DNA of 46,251 nucleotides, from positions 119,087 through 165,337 of the forward strand of contig PLCJ01000003.1 of NCBI GenBank assembly GCA_003135635.1, given 5' to 3'. Positions 1-8,055 of the stretch are shown here, piece after piece. This stretch comes from Candidatus Adlerbacteria bacterium (GTDB taxonomy: Bacteria > Patescibacteriota > Minisyncoccia > Phycocordibacterales > SBAW01). Under the pieces are notes generated by a model. The model was not told where the DNA came from. It ran no database searches and saw only the letters and a program-made list of their open reading frames with translations. The translations under genes and the position numbers were made by a program. Within the stretch, counting starts at the first letter, position 1. Every line of letters starts with the position of its first letter.

Positions 1-3000
1 CATCGGAAGTAGCATGGCGTCCACCATCAAGCGCAACCATAGGACGCAAACCCGGGGGAATGATAGGAATACGAGTGAGAAACATCCACTCGGGTCTCAC
101 ATTTGCACGGATCATGCCACGCAATACTGAAAGCCGCTTGTTGGACTTTTCTCGCTCTGCCGCACCTACCTTTGGAAGAGCATCGGCTACAGTGTTTGCA
201 AGTTTCACAAGATCAAGTCCGCGGCATAGGTTATATACCGCTTCCGCGCCAATACCCGCCTCAAACATCGCACCATACTTTAACCAAAAGCGATGATATT
301 TTGGCTCATCAAGCACCGTACCCACGGCAATGGAATCAATATCGCGCTTTGCTTCCAGAAAAAGCTCTTTTATTTTATCTTTGGATTTTTCATCTTGAAG
401 ATTTTTGAGCTTGGCTTTGTATTCAGTCTCAAGCTCAGAAATAATGCGCTCTTTCTCCGCCTTATGAACAACCGTAATAATGTACCCTGCAAAATATACA
501 ACTTTTTCAAGATCACTCGCTGAAATACCGAGAATTAAGGAAAGATGCGATGGGATGGAGCGCAAAAACCATACATGCGCCACGGGTACTGCGAGATCGA
601 CATGACCCATCCGTTCCCGACGCACAATAGCCCGAGTGATTTCAACACCACATTTCTCGCATACGATACCTTTGTAACGAATGCCGCGGTATTTGCCGCA
701 ATAACATTCATAATCCCGTTCTGGACCAAAAATCTTTTCATCAAATAGAGAATTTTTTTCTGGTCTCTGGGTTCGATAGTTGATAGTCTCCGGTTTGGTA
801 ACTTCACCATGCGACCATTGAAAAATTTTATCTGGGCTTGCTGGTCTAATACGAATGGAGTCAAAATCTGCCGTTTCCGCTCCTAATGTTTTACCTATAC
901 TTCGCACCGGCTCTGCATTTCGCATAAGCTCGACATCAAGAGCCAGCCCCCGTAAGGTATGGAGCAAAACATTAAATGATGCAGGCGCGTAATGGTGGCT
1001 AATACGCTCACCACGAACGATAGCGTCAAAGGCTGCTGAGCGACCCATGATGTCGTCCGACTTTATGGTAAGCATTTCACGCAACGTATAAGCCGCACCA
1101 TAGCCCAATAGCGCCCATACTTCCATTTCACCAAATCTTTGACCGCCTCCTTGTGCTTTACCGCCAAGTGGCTGCTGAGTAATGAGCGAATAGGGACCAA
1201 TGGAACGCATGTGGATTTTATCCTCCACCATGTGATGAAGCTTAAGGATGTACATATATCCCACCGCAATATCCTGCTCAAATTGTTCGCCTGTGCGGCC
1301 GTCATAGAGTTTCATTTTCCCTGTTTCGCTGAAGCCTGCTTTCTTTAGCTCTTCCCGAATTTCTCCTTCTGTAGCACCAGCAAAGGGCGGACAGATTGCT
1401 TGATAGTTAAGAGTATTAGCGGCTAGCCCAAGATGAAGCTCGAGGATTTGACCGAGATTCATACGAGAAGGCACTCCTAGTGGAGTTAGAATAAGATCAA
1501 TTGGATGACCGTCGGCGGTATAGGGCATATCCTCTTCAGGAAGGATACGAGAAATAACACCCTTATTGCCGTGGCGACCAGCAAGTTTGTCCCCAACGGA
1601 AACTGCACGTAGTTGTGCGATTTCAATATGAATGCGCTTGATGATGCCGCTCTCCAGTTGGTGCCCTGCCTCACGAGAAAAAATCTTAATACCGATGATA
1701 CGACCGCGTTTGTCATTTTCCATCCGCAAGCTGGAATCTTTCACATCCCGCGCCTTATCTCCAAAGATAGAACGGAGTAATCGTTCTTCGGGCGTTAATT
1801 GGGTTTCTCCTTTTGGAGTAATTTTGCCTACAAGAATATCGCCCGGACGTACTTCTGAGCCAACACGGATAATCCCATCTTCGTCGAGGTTGCGGAGTTT
1901 TGCTTCAGATACATTCGGAATATCATGGGTAGTAACTTCGGGACCAAGTTTGGTATCACGCACATTGCAAACAAATTCTTCGATATGAATGGAAGAGAAT
2001 TTGCTGTCTTTAACTAGACGCTCAGAAATAACGATGGCGTCTTCATAATTAGCCCCTGACCAGCACATAAAAGCAGTGAGCACATTTTGGCCAAGTGCAA
2101 GCTGTCCCCCCTCAGTCGAGGATACATCTGCCAGGAGGCTGCCTTTTTTTACCTTATCCCCCAAAGATACAATCGGTCGCTGATGAAAACTTGTAAAACC
2201 ATTAGTACGAACAAAATTAACAAGAGAATATTCCAGTTCTTTTCCTTTTTCATTTTTAACCTTGATGTGTTTCCCATCGACTGCCGTGATGATCCCTGCC
2301 TCTTTTGCAACAACAAGCCGACCGGTATCCTTTGCCGCACGCGATTCCATACCGGTAGCAACAAGTGGCACCTCGGGCATAATGCAAGGTGTTGCCTGTT
2401 TTTGCATGTTTGAACCCATAAGCGAGCGGTTTGCATCGTCATGTTCCAAAAATGGGATCATGCATGTTGCCACTGAAAACGGCTGCTCAGCCGCGATATC
2501 GATGTAGCTCACCTCATTTCTTGGTACACGCATGGGAGAACCATCCAGCCGTACCTCTATCATCTCTTCCGCTAAAGTACCGTTCTCAATACGAGTGGCG
2601 CCGTGAGCGATTTTTTCTTTTTCTTCTTCTGCAGCATTAAGATATACGATGTCATTGGTCACTGTACTGTTCACTACTTTTGCATATGGAGTCTCGATCA
2701 TCCCAAATTCATTGAGTCGAGCAAATGTAGTGAGGCGAAGAATAAGGCCGATATTTGGGCCTTCTGGCGTATGGATGGGGCATAACCGCCCGTAGTGGGA
2801 AGGATGCACATCGCGCACTTCAAACCCTGCACGCTCACGAGTAAGACCCCCGGGGCCAAGTGCGGACATGGTACGCAAATGTTCAAGTTCCTCCAGTGCA
2901 TTCGTTTGTTGCATGAATTGAGAAAGTTGATTCGTGGTGAAAAACTCCTTGATACGTGCTTGAAACGGACGCGGGTTTACGAACTGGACAGGCAGTGTTG

Positions 3001-4060
3001 CCTCCGCATCAATCGTTGACATACGATCTTGAATATTCCGCTTCATGTGAGTAAGACCAACACGCAATCGTTGCTGAAGTGTCTCGCCAACACAACGCAC
3101 TCGACGAGAACCAAGGTGGTCAATATTATCCCCAAGTCCCTCAGGATCATTTTCAAGCTTGAGCATGTGCTCAATAACTGTCACGAGGTCATCAAGCGAG
3201 AGAGTTTTGCGCTTTAGCTCTTTTTCATCCAAAGACTTGCCAAAACGTTGATTAAAGCGGAATCGGCCAACGCGAGAAAGGTCGTATCGTTCCTCACTAA
3301 ATAATGAATTAATGTATTCTTTAGCATTTTGGGCAGTTGCGAGATCTCCATCTCGAAGATGTTTGTGGATTTCTATATACGCTTCCTCTACGGTCTTGGC
3401 AGGATCCTTCTCAAGTACCCTTTCTGCCCATTTTTTACCTACATCGGTGCGAGCGAAGAGCGATTTTATATCGCTGTCATATTGGGCACCCATCACTCGT
3501 AGGAGCGACACTGCAGGGAACTTTCGTTTACGATCGATACGAATTGAAATATCTCCGGTTCCTTCTGCTTCAAGCTCAATCCATGCGCCGCGTACCGGAA
3601 TAATTTTTGCTCCAAAATGTTGCTTACCCTTGACTTCTTCTGCAGTAAAGAAAACCCCATAGGAACGCGCAAGCTGCGGTACGATAACGCGCTCAACTCC
3701 GTTAATAATAAAAGTGCCGTGCTCAGTCATGATCGGTAAATCAGCAAGAAAGATTTCTTGCTCTTTTTCTTCATTCCGAGTTTTGTTCTTCAAACGAACT
3801 ACCGCGCGCACGGGTGCATCAAGTGTCAGCTTCTGCGCCTTGGCATAATGCTCATCATATTTCGGCTCGCCTATTTCTATCTTCAGAAATTCAAGTTCAA
3901 ATTTTTTTCCTGAATAATCCTTGATGGGAGTAAACTCTTTAAACGTCTCTCTGAATCCTTCCTTAAGGAGCCACGCAAATGAATCAACCTGGGCAGCAAC
4001 CAGGTTTGGAACCTCAACTCGAGAGGCGCGAAAACGACTAAAGAACTTTTGTTCACGCAT
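1..4060 (-). CDS. rpoBC: Fused DNA-directed RNA polymerase beta/beta' subunit (RpoB part ~4060-926, RpoC part ~925 to beyond the window edge; 3'-truncated)
   Basis: Manual translation of segments: ATG at 4060 (MREQKFFSRF...GTFIINGVERV); SQFMQQTN..HLRTMSALGPGGL; GQRFGEMEVWAL..EMLTIKSDD..LRGLALDVEL continues with no stop into MRNAEPVRSIGKTLGAETADFDSIRIRPASPDKIFQWSHGEVTKPETINYRT and PPGLRPMVALDGGRHATSD at the window edge, all in one frame. The ORF track has no closed ORF in this frame, consistent with no stop before position 1. Confidence 0.95.
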   Translation of the reverse strand, partial: MREQKFFSRFRASRVEVPNLVAAQVDSFAWLLKEGFRETFKEFTPIKDYSGKKFELEFLKIEIGEPKYDEHYAKAQKLTLDAPVRAVVRLKNKTRNEEKEQEIFLADLPIMTEHGTFIINGVERVIVPQLARSYGVFFTAEEVKGKQHFGAKIIPVRGAWIELEAEGTGDISIRIDRKRKFPAVSLLRVMGAQYDSDIKSLFARTDVGKKWAERVLEKDPAKTVEEAYIEIHKHLRDGDLATAQNAKEYINSLFSEERYDLSRVGRFRFNQRFGKSLDEKELKRKTLSLDDLVTVIEHMLKLENDPEGLGDNIDHLGSRRVRCVGETLQQRLRVGLTHMKRNIQDRMSTIDAEATLPVQFVNPRPFQARIKEFFTTNQLSQFMQQTNALEELEHLRTMSALGPGGLTRERAGFEVRDVHPSHYGRLCPIHTPEGPNIGLILRLTTFARLNEFGMIETPYAKVVNSTVTNDIVYLNAAEEEKEKIAHGATRIENGTLAEEMIEVRLDGSPMRVPRNEVSYIDIAAEQPFSVATCMIPFLEHDDANRSLMGSNMQKQATPCIMPEVPLVATGMESRAAKDTGRLVVAKEAGIITAVDGKHIKVKNEKGKELEYSLVNFVRTNGFTSFHQRPIVSLGDKVKKGSLLADVSSTEGGQLALGQNVLTAFMCWSGANYEDAIVISERLVKDSKFSSIHIEEFVCNVRDTKLGPEVTTHDIPNVSEAKLRNLDEDGIIRVGSEVRPGDILVGKITPKGETQLTPEERLLRSIFGDKARDVKDSSLRMENDKRGRIIGIKIFSREAGHQLESGIIKRIHIEIAQLRAVSVGDKLAGRHGNKGVISRILPEEDMPYTADGHPIDLILTPLGVPSRMNLGQILELHLGLAANTLNYQAICPPFAGATEGEIREELKKAGFSETGKMKLYDGRTGEQFEQDIAVGYMYILKLHHMVEDKIHMRSIGPYSLITQQPLGGKAQGGGQRFGEMEVWALLGYGAAYTLREMLTIKSDDIMGRSAAFDAIVRGERISHHYAPASFNVLLHTLRGLALDVELMRNAEPVRSIGKTLGAETADFDSIRIRPASPDKIFQWSHGEVTKPETINYRTQRPEKNSLFDEKIFGPERDYECYCGKYRGIRYKGIVCEKCGVEITRAIVRRERMGHVDLAVPVAHVWFLRSIPSHLSLILGISASDLEKVVYFAGYIITVVHKAEKERIISELETEYKAKLKNLQDEKSKDKIKELFLEAKRDIDSIAVGTVLDEPKYHRFWLKYGAMFEAGIGAEAVYNLCRGLDLVKLANTVADALPKVGAAEREKSNKRLSVLRGMIRANVRPEWMFLTRIPIIPPGLRPMVALDGGRHATSD

Positions 4061-4316
4061 ACGGTTATAAATTGTAGTAAGCGATTAAAAAACGCATAGA
4101 ACACCATTAACCGTTAAAGGCTCAAATACTTTCGCCATTGCCACAGCAGGGGGTGTATATATAAACAAAAAATAGCCAGCGCAGAAAACGCCTCCCCGCT
4201 TAGTCTTTTCCCTAAGCTCAGATGGCCCTTTTGTTTTATTTCTTTTCTACAGTTTTGAAACCCCGCTCTCAAAACTCACTCTGTCTGCTTTTGGCAGATA
4301 TCTTGCACTGGTTTCA
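4061..4316 (-). promoter_or_regulatory. Long structured 5' leader of rpoBC (candidate cis-regulatory RNA/attenuator)
   Basis: About 255 nt between the promoter and the ATG, with inverted repeats at 4284-4298, 4251-4276 and 4198-4217, and a U6 tract after a GCCA/UGGC closing helix (4167-4228). Confidence 0.45.
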
Positions 4317-4322
4317 AGTATG

Positions 4323-4352
4323 AATATAGCACCCTTGAACTCTTGAAGTCAA
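4323..4352 (-). promoter_or_regulatory. Sigma70-type promoter of rpoBC
   Basis: Minus strand TTGACT-N18-TATATT with an extended -10 (TGC). Confidence 0.6.
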
Positions 4353-4355
4353 GCC

Positions 4356-4364
4356 TTATCCACA
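4356..4364 (+). promoter_or_regulatory. Consensus DnaA box (TTATCCACA)
   Basis: Exact 9-mer, 3 bp upstream of the rpoBC -35 element. Single copy, so function is uncertain. Confidence 0.35.
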
Positions 4365-5072
4365 TTAACGTAATGGGTGTCTCCTTTTGAGCTTCCATGC
4401 CTCTATTTTTCCTCGATCGCCGGAAAGGAGGATTTTTGGTACACGGTAGATATAGCCCTCACAGGCAATAACCTCGGGTCGAGTATATGTTTCCCTTGAA
4501 GATACACGATTCTCTTCTACGGATTCAAACTTCCCCAAAACGCCGGGTAGCTGCCGTGCTGTGGCGTCCATAATGGCAAGTGCAGGTATTTCGCCTCCAG
4601 TTAAAATGTAGGGTCCAATAGAGATCTCTTCCGCCTTGAGAATTTTCTTCACCCGAGCATCTATACCTTCATATCGACCACAAATAATAATTATATTTTT
4701 GTGCCTGGAGAGCTTCTTGGCATATAGGTTAGTAAGAGATTTTCCACCCGCTGCAGTAACAATAATCTTTACTCTACCGAACTTTTTTTTAGCATTTTGA
4801 TATGAGGATGTTTTCTGTTTTCGTAAATGGGCATTGATTTTTTTTTGTATCTTTTTAACCGCATGAATAATCGGCTCAGCTTGTAACACCATTCCGGGGC
4901 CGCCGCCATAGGGTCGTTCATCTACTTTGCCCCACTTATTGTTGCGTACAAAATCACGAAGCTGATAGGTTTTAACCGAAATCTTTTTTTCTTTTTGAGC
5001 TCGGCCAAGCACAGAAGCATGAGTATATTCATCTATAACTTCAGGAAAGAGTGTAATGATGTGGAAATTCAT
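4365..5072 (-). CDS. trmD: tRNA (guanine37-N1)-methyltransferase
   Basis: FHIITLFPE, VDERPYGGGPGMVL, CGRYEGIDARV and SIGPYILTGGE motifs. Confidence 0.97.
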   Translation of the reverse strand: MNFHIITLFPEVIDEYTHASVLGRAQKEKKISVKTYQLRDFVRNNKWGKVDERPYGGGPGMVLQAEPIIHAVKKIQKKINAHLRKQKTSSYQNAKKKFGRVKIIVTAAGGKSLTNLYAKKLSRHKNIIIICGRYEGIDARVKKILKAEEISIGPYILTGGEIPALAIMDATARQLPGVLGKFESVEENRVSSRETYTRPEVIACEGYIYRVPKILLSGDRGKIEAWKLKRRHPLR

Positions 5073-5192
5073 AGTATGAAAAGACTCCTATCATCTAGAG
5101 GATTATTTCTGTGCGGTTATTCTATCTTGACTCCTCATAAGTCCACGCTTTGTGAGAAATGCTTGCGAGAAGATTTTTTTATTTTTATTCCT

Positions 5193-5546
5193 TTATAGTC
5201 GGAGATCTTCCATCGCCTCATCGACGGATTTCATCGCATGAGGAGGAGGTGTTTCGTGAGAGCCATCCCAACCTGTATCCGCACTGCCGCGACTGCTGCC
5301 CACGGGCTCCTTGATTTTAAGGTTTACGCGCGCATTGTGCTTCATACCTACTACTCGCAAAAGCGTACGAATCGCTTTAGCAGTATTGCCAGAACGGCCA
5401 ATGACTTTGCCCATATCTTCCGGATTAAGATCAAGAGTAAGCAGTACCCCCATCTCATCTACCACGCGGTTTATCTTTACATCCTCTGGATGTTCAACCA
5501 ATCCCTTCACTACAAACTCTAGAAACTCCTCATCTCTCTCTGCCAT
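5193..5546 (-). CDS. khpA: KH-domain RNA-binding protein (KhpA/YlqC family)
   Basis: LVEHPEDV..DMGKVIGRSGNTAKAIRTLL (KH GxxG); located between rpsP and trmD. Confidence 0.9.
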   Translation of the reverse strand: MAERDEEFLEFVVKGLVEHPEDVKINRVVDEMGVLLTLDLNPEDMGKVIGRSGNTAKAIRTLLRVVGMKHNARVNLKIKEPVGSSRGSADTGWDGSHETPPPHAMKSVDEAMEDLRL

Positions 5547-5590
5547 TGCAGTATATTTAATTGATTAAAACTAAACGCACTTACTGTATT

Positions 5591-6016
5591 TTATCCTACC
5601 ACCTCTTCTGGAGCAACTTCACTTTTTTCTTGAAGCTCTTTCTCATTTGAAGCCTTTGGTGAATGAGTTGAATCTTCTTGAGATACTTTTGTATCTCCTG
5701 TAAGGACTTCTTGAGTGTTTTGGCTTTCCGTTACCCTCGTTTGAGGAGTCTTCTTTGGAAGAACGTTTATTTTCTTTGCATCAATGATCTTCTTAGAAAC
5801 TAAAAGATTGTGCACGGTGTCAGAAACGGTCGCACCATGCAACATCCAATGCTTGATGCGCTCGCCCTTAAGTTCAGTACGATCAACACGAGCATCGTAG
5901 AAACCGACCATCTCAAGATAGTTTCCGGTCTTCGGTTTCTTTTTGGAATCAACGACAATTACTCGAAATGAGGGATCGTTTTTCCGGCCATGTCGCTGCA
6001 GTCGTATAGTAATCAT
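5591..6016 (-). CDS. rpsP: 30S ribosomal protein S16 with acidic C-terminal extension
   Basis: MITIRLQRHGRKNDPSFRVIVVDS..YLEMVGFYD..GATVSDTV. Real start is ATG 6016, not the ORF-track start at 6172. Confidence 0.95.
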   Translation of the reverse strand: MITIRLQRHGRKNDPSFRVIVVDSKKKPKTGNYLEMVGFYDARVDRTELKGERIKHWMLHGATVSDTVHNLLVSKKIIDAKKINVLPKKTPQTRVTESQNTQEVLTGDTKVSQEDSTHSPKASNEKELQEKSEVAPEEVVG

Positions 6017-6047
6017 ATTTTGAAAAATGTCCCCAAGGGCAACGCAG

Positions 6048-6076
6048 ACTGTAGCAGGCAACTGGCAATACGTCAA
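6048..6076 (-). promoter_or_regulatory. Sigma70-type promoter of rpsP-khpA-trmD
   Basis: TTGACG-N17-TACAGT with TGC extension. Confidence 0.6.
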
Positions 6077-6101
6077 TCTCCGCGGTATAGTACACGCGTT
6101 T

Positions 6102-8054
6102 ATGTCTCCACATAAAAATAGATCTACGAGACAGAAAAAAATAATAACTGGAATCATACAAATCGCTCGCAACGGAAAAGGATATATTGCTTGGCCAGAG
6201 GAGGCCAGTAAAGAAGATGCGAGAATAGAAAATCAGGACCTTTTAGGAGCGCTCAACGGTGACCTCGTTGAAGTAGCGCTGACGAAGTTTTCTTCCCCGC
6301 CGCAAGGAAAAGTTTTAAAAGTGATCAGCCGTGCTAAGAATGAGTTTGTTACAACCCTCAAAGAGATCGAGGGACAGTGGTTCGCTGTTCCCGTTGACCC
6401 AAGATTTTATCGTACAATTCATTTAATTGGGGTGCCAGAAAATACCACTGCCAACAGCAAAGCTCTCATACGCCTTATATCATTTAGCGGCAGCGCAGAC
6501 CCAGAGGGTGAAATAATCACCCTTATCGGACCAGTCGGCGAGCACTATGCAGAAATGAACGCTATTGTGCTTGAACATGGATTTGCAATTGAGTTTCCAG
6601 AAGAAGTCAAAAAGGAAGCACGTCTAATAGAAGAGCACCATGCGAGGACTATTGCAGAGGAAACGATACACCGGAGGGATTATCGACAATTATCCACCCT
6701 TACTATTGATCCAGCTGATGCTAAAGATTTTGATGATGCGCTTAGTGTGCATGAGCTTAGTCATGATGAATATGAAATCGGCATACATATTGCGGATGTG
6801 ACCTTTTTTGTGAGACCAAAAACAGCGCTTGATACAGAAGCGAGAAAACGTAGTACGAGCGTGTATCTTGTCGATGCGACTATACCGATGCTTCCGGAAG
6901 AACTCTCTGGAAATGTATGCAGTCTGCGAGAAAATGAAGATCGTCTTACCTTTTCTGCCGTATTTCGTATGAATAGACAAGCCAAAGTGCTCGAGCGACG
7001 ATTTGAAAAAAGTATCATTCGATCAAAAAAACGTTTTACTTATGAAGAAGCGCAGATAACACTTGATACACAACAGGGTCTGTATTTTCACGAACTTACC
7101 GTACTGCGAGATCTCGCACGCATTCTCAAAAAAGAGCGAGAGCAAATGGGCGCGATAGATTTTGGCGATGCTAATGAGGTGCATTTTACGCTTGATGAAA
7201 AAGGAACTCCGGTGAGTGTAAAGCGTGTGGATCGGCTTGAAACTAATACGCTTATTGAGGAATTTATGCTTCTTGCTAATCGCGAAGTTGCTCAGTATGT
7301 TTCAAAACTTACACAGAACATTCCAGAAAAAAGTCCCCTATTTCTCTACCGTATTCATGATACGCCAAAAGAAGATAGGATCGAGGAGCTTGCTACTTTT
7401 GTACGCGCCATCGGATATGATTTTGGCAATAAAAAAAGAAATCATTCTCCACGCGATATAATCAAATTGTTAAAAGATATTGAAGGTACAGCCGAGGAGA
7501 ACCTTATTCGCACAGCGACTGTGCGCTCAATGGCCAAGGCAATCTATTCTACAAAAAATATTGGACACTTTGGACTGATGCTTCGACACTACACACATTT
7601 TACTTCTCCGATACGGCGCTATCCAGATATACTCGTACATCGTATACTCCTATCACATCTCAACCACAAACTGCTGACGCAGGAGGAATTTAGCAACCTT
7701 GAGCAACTATGTATTGCCGCAAGCGAACAAGAAGCAAGGGCAGTAGCCGCTGAGCGGGAAAGTATACGCTATAAGCAAGTGCAATATATGACTAGTAAAA
7801 TTGGACAGGAATTTGATGCTCTTATCTCAGGCGTAACAGATTGGGGTTTGTATGTAGAAGAAAAAGAGACCTCTGCCGAAGGGTTGGTGCGAATACGTAC
7901 TCTGGGAAATGAATATTTTAATTATGTTGCAAAAGAATATGCACTTGTGGGAGAACAGAGCAAAAAAAAATACACGCTGGGTGACCAGGTGCGAGTTAAA
8001 TTAGTCGCGACTGATCCAGCAGCACGAACATTGGATTTTGCCTTGATTATCTAA
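6102..8054 (+). CDS. rnr: Ribonuclease R (RNB family)
   Basis: TIDPADAKDFDDALS, IHIADVT, YTHFTSPIRRYPD and a C-terminal S1 domain. Start placed at ATG 6102. Confidence 0.93.
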   Translation: MSPHKNRSTRQKKIITGIIQIARNGKGYIAWPEEASKEDARIENQDLLGALNGDLVEVALTKFSSPPQGKVLKVISRAKNEFVTTLKEIEGQWFAVPVDPRFYRTIHLIGVPENTTANSKALIRLISFSGSADPEGEIITLIGPVGEHYAEMNAIVLEHGFAIEFPEEVKKEARLIEEHHARTIAEETIHRRDYRQLSTLTIDPADAKDFDDALSVHELSHDEYEIGIHIADVTFFVRPKTALDTEARKRSTSVYLVDATIPMLPEELSGNVCSLRENEDRLTFSAVFRMNRQAKVLERRFEKSIIRSKKRFTYEEAQITLDTQQGLYFHELTVLRDLARILKKEREQMGAIDFGDANEVHFTLDEKGTPVSVKRVDRLETNTLIEEFMLLANREVAQYVSKLTQNIPEKSPLFLYRIHDTPKEDRIEELATFVRAIGYDFGNKKRNHSPRDIIKLLKDIEGTAEENLIRTATVRSMAKAIYSTKNIGHFGLMLRHYTHFTSPIRRYPDILVHRILLSHLNHKLLTQEEFSNLEQLCIAASEQEARAVAAERESIRYKQVQYMTSKIGQEFDALISGVTDWGLYVEEKETSAEGLVRIRTLGNEYFNYVAKEYALVGEQSKKKYTLGDQVRVKLVATDPAARTLDFALII

Positions 8055-8055
8055 G

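Noticed and set aside
60-4107. Many short ORFs suggesting a fragmented or pseudogenised rpoB
   Set aside because: They are alternate-frame or antisense shadows. The real frame is continuous and is missing from the track only because it has no stop within the window.
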